DNA of 64,000 nt from Nannocystis bainbridge (GTDB taxonomy: Bacteria > Myxococcota_A > Polyangia > Nannocystales > Nannocystaceae). The translations under genes and the position numbers were made by a program. The stretch covers positions 64,001-128,000 of the forward strand of contig NZ_JAQNDL010000002.1 in the NCBI RefSeq assembly GCF_028368995.1, in the 5' to 3' direction. Under the pieces are notes generated by a model, which was not told the origin of the DNA, did not search any database, and saw nothing but the letters and a program-made list of their open reading frames with translations. Shown here piece after piece: positions 9,616 to 18,923 of the stretch (positions within the stretch are counted from its first letter, which is position 1; the number at the start of each line of letters is the position of its first letter).

Positions 9616-10320
9616 GTGTTGCTCCCCGTGCCCAGCTTGCTCGCCGAGATCGACATCCTCCACCTGCTGTTCGGCGCCAAGGGCCTCGTGCTCGTGGTCG
9701 GCATCCTGCTGGTCATCTCGATCTTCACCACGGTCTTCGTGATTCTCTACAAGCTGATCCACATCAGCCAGGCGCAGTCGCAGTCGATCACGTTCCTCGA
9801 CCGGTTCTGGGAGTCGAAGCGCCTCGACGACATCTACCGGGTCGCCGAGCAGCTCAAGTACAGCCCGCTGGCGGCGATGTTCCGCGCCGGCTACATCGAG
9901 CTGTCGAAGGTCAAGAAGGGCCAGAACGAGGCCACCGGGTCGATGCACGAGAAGATGGACGGGCTCGAGAACATCGAGCGCGCGCTGGTCCGCGCCAGGG
10001 TCAGCGAGACGACCAAGCTCGAGAACCTGATGCCGCTGCTGGCCACCATCGGCTCGGCCGCGCCGTTCGTCGGTCTGCTCGGCACGGTGTGGGGCATCAT
10101 GGAGGCGTTCTCGGCCATCGCCGCGTCCGGTTCGGCCGACCTCGCGGTCGTCTCGGGCCCGATCGCCGAGGCGCTGGTGGCGACCGCGACCTCGCTGATG
10201 AGCGCGATCCCGGCGGTCATGGCGTACAACTACTTCAATCGCCGCATCAAGGTGCTCGGCGCCGAGATGACCACGTTCGGCAGCGACTACACCAACATCG
10301 TCAAGCGCCACTTCTTCTAG
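9616..10320 (+). CDS. tolQ: TolQ/ExbB proton channel
   Basis: LATIGSAAPFVGLLGTVWGIM, IAEALVATA, AIPAVMAYN. Confidence 0.92.
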   Translation: MLLPVPSLLAEIDILHLLFGAKGLVLVVGILLVISIFTTVFVILYKLIHISQAQSQSITFLDRFWESKRLDDIYRVAEQLKYSPLAAMFRAGYIELSKVKKGQNEATGSMHEKMDGLENIERALVRARVSETTKLENLMPLLATIGSAAPFVGLLGTVWGIMEAFSAIAASGSADLAVVSGPIAEALVATATSLMSAIPAVMAYNYFNRRIKVLGAEMTTFGSDYTNIVKRHFF

Positions 10321-10357
10321 GCCGCGACCGGTCGCCTGCTACGATCACGGTGTACGC

Positions 10358-10804
10358 ATGAGCAGCAAGGTCACAGCAGACGCGATCCAGGGCGAGGGCC
10401 CGGTCTCGGCGATCAACGTCACGCCGCTGGTCGACGTGATGTTGTGTCTGCTCATCATCTTCATGGTGTCGACGCCGTTGATGGCGCCGAAGCAGCCGCA
10501 GAAGATCGATGTGCCGAAGGCCAAGGCGCAGGCGATCGCGCAGGAGCAATTCCTGCTGGCGACGGTCTCGGTCGACGCCAAGGGCGACGTCTTCATGGGC
10601 ACGGTCGCGCTCTCGCGCGACCCCGCGACCATGACCAACGAGCTCAGCAGCAACGCGCGCCTCAAGCAGGAGGGCGTGGCCTTCATCCAGGGCGACTCGA
10701 ACATCGACTTCAGCCGGATCGTCGAGGTGCTCGTCGCGTTGCGTACGGCAGGGGTGTCCAAGGTCGGGTTCCTGACCGACCCGAAGGTCCCGCCGCGCAC
10801 CTGA
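10358..10804 (+). CDS. tolR: TolR/ExbD
   Basis: INVTPLVDVMLCLLIIFMV. Confidence 0.92.
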   Translation: MSSKVTADAIQGEGPVSAINVTPLVDVMLCLLIIFMVSTPLMAPKQPQKIDVPKAKAQAIAQEQFLLATVSVDAKGDVFMGTVALSRDPATMTNELSSNARLKQEGVAFIQGDSNIDFSRIVEVLVALRTAGVSKVGFLTDPKVPPRT

Positions 10805-10816
10805 GAGGGAACGAGC

Positions 10817-11671
10817 ATGTCCGAGATCAAAGTCCGCTCCGTGCCGATGCTGCTGACGCCGTTCGTCGAGCTGGGCCGCCAGTTCGGCGACATCCTCCGC
10901 AACCCGACGGCGTTCTTCGGCAGCCTGCTCGGTTCGGCGCTGCTGACCGGCGGCGTCGCGGCGCTGGTGATGTTCGGACCGACCTTCGAGGTCTCGGCCG
11001 AAGAGGACGACGACGAGCTCGAGATGGAGTTCGTCCCCGGTGAGCTGGTGCGGCTCGGGCCCAAGCTCGACCCGACCCAGATCCCGGAGAAGATCATCGT
11101 CGAGAAGACGGTCGCCGCCGAGGCCGCCGCCGAGACCACGGTGACGACGGACGAGAAGGCGCAGCCGACCACCGAGCCGAAGAAGAACGAGCCGAAGAAG
11201 ACCGACGCCAAGTCGACCGAGAAGCCCGATCCCACCAAGAAGGGCGCCAAGGAGTCGACCAAGAATCAGGACTCCAACACGCCGCACAACGATCTGCCGA
11301 CGGTCAAGGAGCTGCCCGGCGACCCGTTCGGCGACGCGGGCGGCTGGTCCGACACCTTCAAGGCCGGCGACCCGTGGGCCACCGAGGTCATGAAGGTGTT
11401 GAACGGCATGAAGGTCGGCACCTTCGGCGCCGAGGGCAAGGACGCGACCTTCAAGTTCCGCCTCGAGGTCTGCCCCGACGGCAAGCTGTCGGCGCAGCAG
11501 AAGCAGGGCACCGGCGACACCACGCTCGACTCGCGGATCAAGAGCACCATCGAGGGGCTCAAGGTCAGCGTGCCGGCGGGCGTGGCCGACCTGCTGAAGG
11601 GCAAGTGCAAGAAGATCCAGTACGAGTTCACGTGGCGCGGCAAGGGTGCCGGCGCCGGCGCGGTCAAGTAA
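10817..11671 (+). CDS. tolA: TolA/TonB-like energy transducer
   Basis: One TM, K/E/P/T-rich linker, TonB-C-like end (TGDTTLDSRI); between tolR and tolB. Confidence 0.7.
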   Translation: MSEIKVRSVPMLLTPFVELGRQFGDILRNPTAFFGSLLGSALLTGGVAALVMFGPTFEVSAEEDDDELEMEFVPGELVRLGPKLDPTQIPEKIIVEKTVAAEAAAETTVTTDEKAQPTTEPKKNEPKKTDAKSTEKPDPTKKGAKESTKNQDSNTPHNDLPTVKELPGDPFGDAGGWSDTFKAGDPWATEVMKVLNGMKVGTFGAEGKDATFKFRLEVCPDGKLSAQQKQGTGDTTLDSRIKSTIEGLKVSVPAGVADLLKGKCKKIQYEFTWRGKGAGAGAVK

Positions 11672-11866
11672 GTGGATCGCCGCCGCGTTGCGGCGGATCG
11701 GGGTGACAAATTGTCTGCCAGGGCTCGCTGGGCGGCTCGCGGCGGCCGGCCGGTGGGGCCGGCCCCCAGCGCGTCTGCGGGCCAAAGCGGCACAATTGGG
11801 GCGCGGGGGGTTCCCCCGGCCTTGACGGGCGGGTATGGTTGGCGCGCTCAGAAGGTGCCAACGCCC

Positions 11867-13141
11867 ATGAAGCGGACCCTGCTCGGAACTTCTTTCTTCG
11901 CCACCCTCCTGCTCGCCACCTCGTTCTACGCGGGCAAACAGCCGGCTCTGGCCAACGCGGCTCCGGCCGCGGGCTCCGAGGTCGACCTCGGCGGCGGGTT
12001 CACGCTGCTGCGTCTCGCGGTCCCGGCCGACGGCCGCATCGGCGACATCCTGCGCAAGAACGCGTTGATCTCGAGCGGCTTCGAGGTCATCGACCGCCGC
12101 AGCATCCCGGCCGCGCTGATCAAGGCCAACGACTTCGACCAGAAGGGCTGGCAGGACATCGGCGCCCAGGCCGTCATCCTCGCCGACGAGGTCGGCGGTC
12201 AGTTCAAGTTCCGCCTGTTCGACATGGGCGCCGGCGGCAAGCCGGTGCTGTCGCGCGGCTACGCGGCCAACGACCCGCTCAAGGCCGCCAACCGGTTCAT
12301 GAACGACGTCATCGAGCACTACACCAAGATCCCGGGTGTGTTCGGCTCGCGCATCGCGTTCGTCCGCACCAACCGGACGCCGACGGTGACCAAGAACGTG
12401 TTCACGATCGAGATGAACGGCGAGTCGCCGGCCTCGATCACCAACAACCGCTCGCTCAACATCTCGCCGTCGATCGGGCCGGGCGGGCAGGTGCTCTTCA
12501 CCTCCTACGCCAAGCGCAACCCCGACCTGTGGATGAGCTCGGGCGGCTCGCTGAGCCGGATCAGCACCCAGCGCGGCCTCAACCTCGGCGGCGTGATGAG
12601 CCCCGACGGCTCGAGCATCGCCCTGACGCTGTCGAAGGACGGCAACTCCGAGATCTACCTCATCGACACCGGCGGCACGATCAAGGCCCGCCTGACCAAC
12701 AACGCGGCGATCGACGGCTCGCCGACGTGGAGCCCGGGCTCGAACCAGCTCGCGTTCGTGTCGAGCCGCTCGGGCGGCCCGCAGGTGTTCCGCATGGGCT
12801 CCAACGGCGCCGGCGCGGCCCGCCTGACCAAGCAGGGCACCTACAACCAGACGCCCGACTGGAACCCCGGCCAGGGCGCGCGCGGCAACCTCGTCGCCTA
12901 CGCCGGCCGCGACAACTCCAACCGCTACGACATCTTCGCCATCGACGTCGGCAGCGGCAAGCTGTCCCGCCTGACCCAGAACCCGGGCCGCAACCTCGAC
13001 CCGAGCTGGTCGCCCGACGGCCGCATGATCGCCTTCCAGTCGACCGTCGGCGGCATCGTCGTCGCCAACGACAAGGGCAACAACCAGCAGGTCATCGCCA
13101 AGGCCGGCACCACGCCCGACTGGGGCCCGCGCAGCGAGTAG
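11867..13141 (+). CDS. tolB: TolB (PD40 beta-propeller)
   Basis: SRIAFV, SPDGSSIALTLSKDGNSEIY, PTWSP, PSWSPDG repeats; signal peptide. Confidence 0.88.
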   Translation: MKRTLLGTSFFATLLLATSFYAGKQPALANAAPAAGSEVDLGGGFTLLRLAVPADGRIGDILRKNALISSGFEVIDRRSIPAALIKANDFDQKGWQDIGAQAVILADEVGGQFKFRLFDMGAGGKPVLSRGYAANDPLKAANRFMNDVIEHYTKIPGVFGSRIAFVRTNRTPTVTKNVFTIEMNGESPASITNNRSLNISPSIGPGGQVLFTSYAKRNPDLWMSSGGSLSRISTQRGLNLGGVMSPDGSSIALTLSKDGNSEIYLIDTGGTIKARLTNNAAIDGSPTWSPGSNQLAFVSSRSGGPQVFRMGSNGAGAARLTKQGTYNQTPDWNPGQGARGNLVAYAGRDNSNRYDIFAIDVGSGKLSRLTQNPGRNLDPSWSPDGRMIAFQSTVGGIVVANDKGNNQQVIAKAGTTPDWGPRSE

Positions 13142-13153
13142 GTCCTTCGGGAC

Positions 13154-14104
13154 ATGTCCCAACAGTCAGGTGAGCCTGCGACGCCGCGCGCCGCGGATCC
13201 GCGAGGATCCTGGCGCGCGGTCATTGATATCGGGACCAACAGCGTCCTGCTGCTGATCGCGCGCTGGCACGGCGACGACCTCGAGATCGCGCTCGACCAG
13301 GCGACGATCACCCGCCTCGGCAAGGGCGTGGCCGCGTCGGGAGTGCTGGCGCCCGAGTCGATCGCGCGCACGCTCGCGGTGCTGAAGCAGTACCGCGAGA
13401 CGGCGGAGCGCCATGGGGCGACGCCGCTGGCCGTGACGACCGAGGGCGTGCGCCTGGCCAGCAACCGCGACGATTTCCTGACGCCCGCGGCCGCGGTGCT
13501 CGGGGCGCCGGTGCGGCTGCTCAGCGGCGCGGAGGAGGCCGAGCTGTCATACCGCTCGGTGGCGCAAGAGCTGGGCCCGACGACGGCGCTGCGCGTGCTC
13601 GACATCGGCGGCGGCTCGACCGAGCTGGCCGTCGGCGAGGGCGAGCGGCTGATCTCGTCGGTGTCGCACCCGATCGGCGCGGTGCGACTGTTCGAGCGGT
13701 TCGTGACCCAGGATCCGCCGGCGCCGAGCGAGGTGGCGCAGATCGAAAAAACGGCCCTGGAGACGCTGCAGCGCGGGCAGCCGCTCGATCCGGAGCCCGT
13801 GCTCACCGGCCTCGCGGGCACGGTCACGACCGCGGCGGCGATGCTGCTGGGGCTGACGCAGTACGACCGCGAGCAGGTCGACGGCTCGACCTTCACGATC
13901 GATCAGGTCCGCGACCTCCGCGATCGCGCGGCCCGGGTGACCGTCGCCGAGCGCTGCCAGATCTGGCCCACGCTCGAGCCTGCGCGCGCCGACGTGATCG
14001 TCGCCGGCATGACGATCCTGCTGGCGGCGATGCAGCACTGCGGGGCCACCAGCCTGGCGGTGCGCGACCGCGGGCTGCGTTACGCGCTGATCGAGAGGGA
14101 ATGA
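13154..14104 (+). CDS. ppx: Ppx/GppA family exopolyphosphatase (short form)
   Basis: IDIGTNS, SGAEEA, DIGGGSTE, RADVIVAG, GLR. Confidence 0.9.
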   Translation: MSQQSGEPATPRAADPRGSWRAVIDIGTNSVLLLIARWHGDDLEIALDQATITRLGKGVAASGVLAPESIARTLAVLKQYRETAERHGATPLAVTTEGVRLASNRDDFLTPAAAVLGAPVRLLSGAEEAELSYRSVAQELGPTTALRVLDIGGGSTELAVGEGERLISSVSHPIGAVRLFERFVTQDPPAPSEVAQIEKTALETLQRGQPLDPEPVLTGLAGTVTTAAAMLLGLTQYDREQVDGSTFTIDQVRDLRDRAARVTVAERCQIWPTLEPARADVIVAGMTILLAAMQHCGATSLAVRDRGLRYALIERE

Positions 14105-14931
14105 TGCGCGTCGACCTGCACTGCCACTCGACCTGCTCGGACGGCAGTCTGACGCCGACCGAGGTGGCGACGCGGGCCCAGGCCGAAGGGGTCGAGCTGT
14201 TCTGCCTGACCGACCACGACTCGGTCGCGGGCTACCAGGCGACCGCGGCTGCGCTGCCGGGAGCCCGCGTGCTGCGCGGGGTGGAGCTGAGCTGCCGCTT
14301 CGCCGACAAGACGGTCCACTTGCTGATCTACGGGATCCGCGACGGCTCCGGGCTGACGGCGCTGGAGGTCCGGCTCGAGAGCGTGCTCGAGGACAGGCGG
14401 ACGCGGCTCAAGGCGATCATCGCCCGCCTGCGCCGGCTCGGGGTCAAGCTCGACGGGGAGAAGATCCTCATCGCCACCCACGGCCACACGCCGGGTCGGC
14501 CCGATGTCGCGCGCGCGCTGGTCGAGGCGGGCGTGGTCCGTTCGCACCGCGAGGCGTTCGAGCGCTACCTCCGCGACGGTGGCCCGGCCGACGTGGCGCT
14601 CGAGCGGGTGTCGCTCGACGAGGGGCTGCGGCTCGGTCGCAACGCGGGGGCGAAGATGTCGCTGGCGCACCCGCACACGCTGCGCTCGCCGCAGCTGGTC
14701 GACGAGATGTACGCGCAGTACCGCTCGGCCGGGCTCGAGGGCATCGAGGCGTACTACGGCCGCTACGGGTCGCAGGAGCGCGGCCAGTGGCTGAACCTGG
14801 CCAAGCGGCGCGAGCTGGTGGTGACGGGCGGGTCGGACTTCCACGGGGCGGCGGTGCCGGAGATCCGGCAGCCGGGGATCGAGCTGCCGGAGCGCCACGC
14901 GGAGCGCCTGCAGGCCTGGCTGGCGGAGTGA
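14101..14931 (+). CDS. PHP domain metallophosphoesterase (TrpH/YciV-like)
   Basis: DLHCHSTCSDG, TDHD, AHP, GGSDFHG. Confidence 0.9.
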   Translation: MMRVDLHCHSTCSDGSLTPTEVATRAQAEGVELFCLTDHDSVAGYQATAAALPGARVLRGVELSCRFADKTVHLLIYGIRDGSGLTALEVRLESVLEDRRTRLKAIIARLRRLGVKLDGEKILIATHGHTPGRPDVARALVEAGVVRSHREAFERYLRDGGPADVALERVSLDEGLRLGRNAGAKMSLAHPHTLRSPQLVDEMYAQYRSAGLEGIEAYYGRYGSQERGQWLNLAKRRELVVTGGSDFHGAAVPEIRQPGIELPERHAERLQAWLAE

Positions 14932-14956
14932 GCCGGGGCGAGTGATGTGTCTGTTG

Positions 14957-15008
14957 CGACATGTGTGAAGCGCCAGGTCCGAAAGGACAGGTGCGAAGGG
15001 GCAGGTGA
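14957..15008. repeat. 14-bp-period array, 4 units
   Basis: CATG/CAGG at 14960, 14974, 14988, 15002. Confidence 0.8.
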
Positions 15009-16624
15009 GCGTGGACGCGGGGACCGGCGAGACCGAGGCGGAGCGGCGGGGCGACGAGCGGCCGGTGCTGCTGCGCGTCGAGGGGCTGGCGATCGCGCGG
15101 CCCGACGGCTCGCCGCTGGTCGAGGCGCTGACGCTGACGCTGCGCGCCGGCGAGACGGTGGCGGTGTTCGGGGCTAGCGGGGCCGGCAAGTCGACGCTGA
15201 TGGCGGCGCTGCACGACGCCGAGGGGCTGCGGGCGCGCGGCTTCGCGGTCCGTGCGGCCGCGTTCACGACGGCCGGCGCGGTCGGGATCGTGCCGCAGCG
15301 AGGGGCGCTGCTCGACCACCTCAGCGCGGCCGGTAACATCGCCCTGGCGCTGCGCAACGCCGACAAGCCGACGGCGGCCAGCGCGGCGGCGGTCGAGCGC
15401 TGGATCGCCGCGCTCGATCTGCCGCGGCGCTGGAGCGGGGGCGGGCAGGCGGTGGCGCACGTCAGCGGCGGCGAGGCGCAGCGGCTGGCGGTCGCGCGCA
15501 CGCTGGCGGGCGGGCGCCAGATCTTGCTGCTCGACGAGCCGTCGGTCGGGCTCGATCCGCTGCGCGTCGATCGGCTGGCGGCGGCGCTGCGCGGCCAGAT
15601 CGCTGGCCAGGGCGCGGCCGCGCTGGCGATCACCCACGACCTCGAATTCGCGGCGGGCTTCGCCGATCGCTTCCTCTACCTCGACCCGGCCGCGGGCCAG
15701 CTGGTCGAGCTGCCGATCGCCCGCGGCGAGTCGCCGGCGGCGACGGTCGCGGCGCTGGGGGCGGCGCTGCGCGAGCGCATGGCCCGAGAGACAGGTCATG
15801 CGGGCGGGGGCGCGCGCCGGCGCCTGGGGCCGCGGCTGCGAGCTGTCCTTCGGGACATGCTCGCTCCGTTCGCGGTGCTGGCCCGGGCGCTGGTGGCTGC
15901 CCCGGCGGCGCTGGTCCGGCCGCGCGATTTCTTCGAGGTGGCGCGGGTGACGTTCGCCCAGGGCCTGTGGCGGCCGCTCCTGTTCATCGCCGCGGTGTCG
16001 CTGCTGGTCGGGTTCACGCTGCTCTACATCTTCCACCGCGCGTTCTCGGGCGGCGGGGTGCCGGTGCGGCCGGACAAGATCTTCGCGCTGATCGGGTCGA
16101 TGCACGTGCTCGCGCTGGCGCCCCCGCTGTCGGGCATCCTGTTCGCGGCGACCTCGGGCAGCGCGGTCGCGGCCTGGCTCGGCGGGATGTCGCTGACGCG
16201 CCAGACGGCGGCGCTGCGCGGGCTCGGGATCGCCGAGGCGCGCTACCTGTGGCTGCCTGCGGTGCTCGGGCTGGCGCTGGCGTACGTGGTGCTGGCGGCG
16301 GTGTTCACCGGCGGGATGGTGCTCGGCGGGCTGCTCTACTTGAAGGTCCAGGTGCCGGCGCTCGCCGATCCGTGGGCCGTCGTCACCGCGGACTTGCTCG
16401 ATCCCCCGGCCGCGCGGGCGCCGTTCCGCGCGCGCGCGCTCGTGCTGGTCGCGCTGTACGCGGGCGGGATCGCGGCCGACGCGGTGGCGAAGGGGGCCAG
16501 CGACAAGGCCAGCGCAGACGCGGTGACGGCGGCGATGGTCCGCAGCGTGATGGCCTGTACGCTGTGGATCGTGGCGCTCGAGCTGGCGTCGCTGGTGGTG
16601 CTGTATGGCGCTCGCGGTGGATAA
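15005..16624 (+). CDS. ABC ATPase fused to MlaE-like permease
   Basis: GASGAGKS, VSGGEAQR, LLLDEP, THD; C-terminal APPLSGILFAATSGSAVAAWLGGM..TRQ..ALRGLGI (MlaE EAA-like). Confidence 0.82.
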   Translation: MSVDAGTGETEAERRGDERPVLLRVEGLAIARPDGSPLVEALTLTLRAGETVAVFGASGAGKSTLMAALHDAEGLRARGFAVRAAAFTTAGAVGIVPQRGALLDHLSAAGNIALALRNADKPTAASAAAVERWIAALDLPRRWSGGGQAVAHVSGGEAQRLAVARTLAGGRQILLLDEPSVGLDPLRVDRLAAALRGQIAGQGAAALAITHDLEFAAGFADRFLYLDPAAGQLVELPIARGESPAATVAALGAALRERMARETGHAGGGARRRLGPRLRAVLRDMLAPFAVLARALVAAPAALVRPRDFFEVARVTFAQGLWRPLLFIAAVSLLVGFTLLYIFHRAFSGGGVPVRPDKIFALIGSMHVLALAPPLSGILFAATSGSAVAAWLGGMSLTRQTAALRGLGIAEARYLWLPAVLGLALAYVVLAAVFTGGMVLGGLLYLKVQVPALADPWAVVTADLLDPPAARAPFRARALVLVALYAGGIAADAVAKGASDKASADAVTAAMVRSVMACTLWIVALELASLVVLYGARGG

Positions 16625-18326
16625 TTGGCGACTCGCGTCGATGGCCGGTCTGGCCGGGCTGGTGCTGGCGGGCGCGCTGCTGGCCGCCGGGCGCGGGGCG
16701 CTGATCGAGGCGGCGGCGATCGAGCCGTTCCGCGTCGAGGTGGCGTCGGCCCACGCGCCGGCCGCGGACGGGCGCTGGTCGGGGCGGGTGGTGCCGCCCG
16801 AGCTGACGGCGCGGACGGTCGTGCGCGTCGACGGGCAAGTCATCGATGATGCTTCTGGACATGTGCGAGAGGACATGTCCGATGGGACATTATCGGTCGC
16901 GCTGGGTGACGCGCCGGGGCTGCGGCTGATCGAGGTCGAGCTGCCGCGGCAGGGCGGCGCCGAGGTGGCGACCGACGCGGCGCTGATCGGGCCGTTCCGC
17001 GAGCGCTGGGGCGAGGGGCCGGAGTGTGGGGCGGGGGTGCGGGTCGCGGCGGCGGCGATCGATCGTCTGGTGCTGCCGCCGCTGCGGGCGAAGCTGCTGG
17101 CGGCGGCGCCGTCGATCGGGCTGCTCGGGCCGGCGACGACGATCGAGGAGGCGAGCGTGACGCTGCTCGGCGACGCGCTGTTCTTCCGGGTGGCGCTCGC
17201 GGGGGAGCACCGCATCGCGGTGGCAGGCAAGCTCGAGGTGCGGGTGGCCGGGTCGCGTCAGCTCGGCGTGCGGCTGGCTTCGCTCGGGCCGGTCGAGTTC
17301 TCCGGCACGCTGCGCACGCGGGCGACGCTCGGGGCCGCGGCGCTCGGGGCGGCCATCACCGGCCCGCTGGCGCCGCTCGGAGCGCTCGCCGGCTACGCGC
17401 TGGCGGACGGCTACATCGATCGGCGGGCGCGCCAGGAGGTCGAGACGCAGCTGACGGCGGCCCTGGCGGTGGCCAGCGCGATCCCGCTGATCCCGGAGCG
17501 CGCCGAGCTGATCGTCGGCGAGCCGCGCTCACGGGCGACGCTGGCGTTCTGCGCGGTGGCGATCGAGGCGGGCGGGATCGCGGCGCACCTGTCCGTTCGG
17601 CCAGATCGGCCGGAGCCGCGGACCGGCGAGGAGGCGGGCCGGGTGCGCACGCGCCTGGCGGCGATCCCGGGGCCGGCGCGGCACGGGCTGTCGCTGCCGC
17701 CGCTGCGGCCGGTGGCGCCGACGGCCGACGCGGAGGTCGAGCTCAGCCTCGACACGGTCGACGCGCTGCTCGACGCGTGGACGGCCAACGGGCTGCTCGG
17801 CGAATTGATGGGGCGGGCCCAGTGGGTCGAGCGGGTCGACGAGGAGCTGGGCGAGTGGACGACGCTCGGGCTGGAAGGCATCGAGGTGCGGCTGCCGCCG
17901 TCCCTGTCTCCGGGGACAGGTGACGGCTGGGCCCTGACGATCGCGGGGCTGCGGCTCGATCTGACGGGCAGCGAGGGCGACGATCCCGGCGAGGTGCTGG
18001 TGGCAGGGCGCGGGCTGGTGCGCCCGCACTACGACGGCGCGCGCGGGCGCATCGCCCTGGCGGGGACGATCGACCGCCTGCGCCTGTCCTGCGCCCGCGC
18101 GGGGGCGCTGTGGCCGTGCTTCGCGGCGCTGCTCGAGCTGGGCGACGTCGAGGCGAGGCTCGACGCGCTGCTGGCCCCGGGCGCGGCCGGGCTGCCGGGG
18201 ATCGACGTGCGGACGCTGCTGCGCGACGGGACGCAGGCGCTGCGCGAGGGCGGGCTGGAGCTGGCCGACCTGACGATCAGCTACCCGGCGCACGGGGTGC
18301 TGCGGGTGGCCGCCGAGGTGCGCTGA
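16605..18326 (+). CDS. hypothetical membrane-anchored protein, possible BPI/TULIP-like fold
   Basis: Overlaps the upstream gene; N-terminal TM; ELSLDTVDALLDAWTANGLL motif. Confidence 0.65.
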   Translation: MALAVDNWRLASMAGLAGLVLAGALLAAGRGALIEAAAIEPFRVEVASAHAPAADGRWSGRVVPPELTARTVVRVDGQVIDDASGHVREDMSDGTLSVALGDAPGLRLIEVELPRQGGAEVATDAALIGPFRERWGEGPECGAGVRVAAAAIDRLVLPPLRAKLLAAAPSIGLLGPATTIEEASVTLLGDALFFRVALAGEHRIAVAGKLEVRVAGSRQLGVRLASLGPVEFSGTLRTRATLGAAALGAAITGPLAPLGALAGYALADGYIDRRARQEVETQLTAALAVASAIPLIPERAELIVGEPRSRATLAFCAVAIEAGGIAAHLSVRPDRPEPRTGEEAGRVRTRLAAIPGPARHGLSLPPLRPVAPTADAEVELSLDTVDALLDAWTANGLLGELMGRAQWVERVDEELGEWTTLGLEGIEVRLPPSLSPGTGDGWALTIAGLRLDLTGSEGDDPGEVLVAGRGLVRPHYDGARGRIALAGTIDRLRLSCARAGALWPCFAALLELGDVEARLDALLAPGAAGLPGIDVRTLLRDGTQALREGGLELADLTISYPAHGVLRVAAEVR

Positions 18327-18388
18327 TCGGGGCGCCGGGCGGGTGACGAAGCAGGCGAGGCTGGCCGGGCACCCGTGCGGGGCCTGAG

Positions 18389-18482
18389 AGACATGGTCGA
18401 GACGACATGTCAAAGAGGACATGTCGAATGGCGCATGTTCATCGGGGCATGTCGCCAAGGACATGGCCCTCCAGACAGGCCG
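18389..18482. repeat. 14-bp-period array, 7 units
   Basis: CATG at 18392, 18406, 18420, 18434, 18448, 18462 and CAGG at 18476; between convergent genes. Confidence 0.92.
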
Positions 18483-18848
18483 TCAGTCTTGCTTGCGTGG
18501 GTCCTTGCGGTCGAAGCGCTCGCGGGCGCGGGCGATCTCGCCGCGGTGGCCGTCGGCCCAGGCGGCGAGCGCCTGCACCGGGTCGAGCAGGGTGCGGCCG
18601 AGGTCGGTCAGGTCGTAGTCGACGCGCGGGGGGTTCGTCGGGGTCACTGTCCGCGTCACCAGGCCGTCGCGCTCGAGGCCGCGGAGCGTCAGGGTCAGCA
18701 TTCGCTGCGAGATGCCGTCGATGGTCCGCCGCAGCTCGCTGAAGCGCAGCGGTCGGTCGCTCAACATGCTGACGACGAGCACGCTCCACTTGTCGCCGAC
18801 GCGGCTGAGGACGTCGCGCACCGCCAGGCAGGTCTCGTGCTGATGCAT
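18483..18848 (-). CDS. HxlR family winged-helix regulator
   Basis: [47 protein letters not shown]; start 18848 or 18872. Confidence 0.92.
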   Translation of the reverse strand: MHQHETCLAVRDVLSRVGDKWSVLVVSMLSDRPLRFSELRRTIDGISQRMLTLTLRGLERDGLVTRTVTPTNPPRVDYDLTDLGRTLLDPVQALAAWADGHRGEIARARERFDRKDPRKQD

Positions 18849-18923
18849 GTCGCGGGCTCGGTTCCCTTTCATAACCCAGGCTGCAAGCGGGATGAAGCCG
18901 TCCTGGACGGGCCCGGCGGCAGG

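Noticed and set aside
18389-18482. 14-bp arrays as mini-CRISPR or as p53 response elements
   Set aside because: 4-bp spacers carry no targeting information; the match to RRRCATGYYY is noted, but nothing here suggests a p53-like protein
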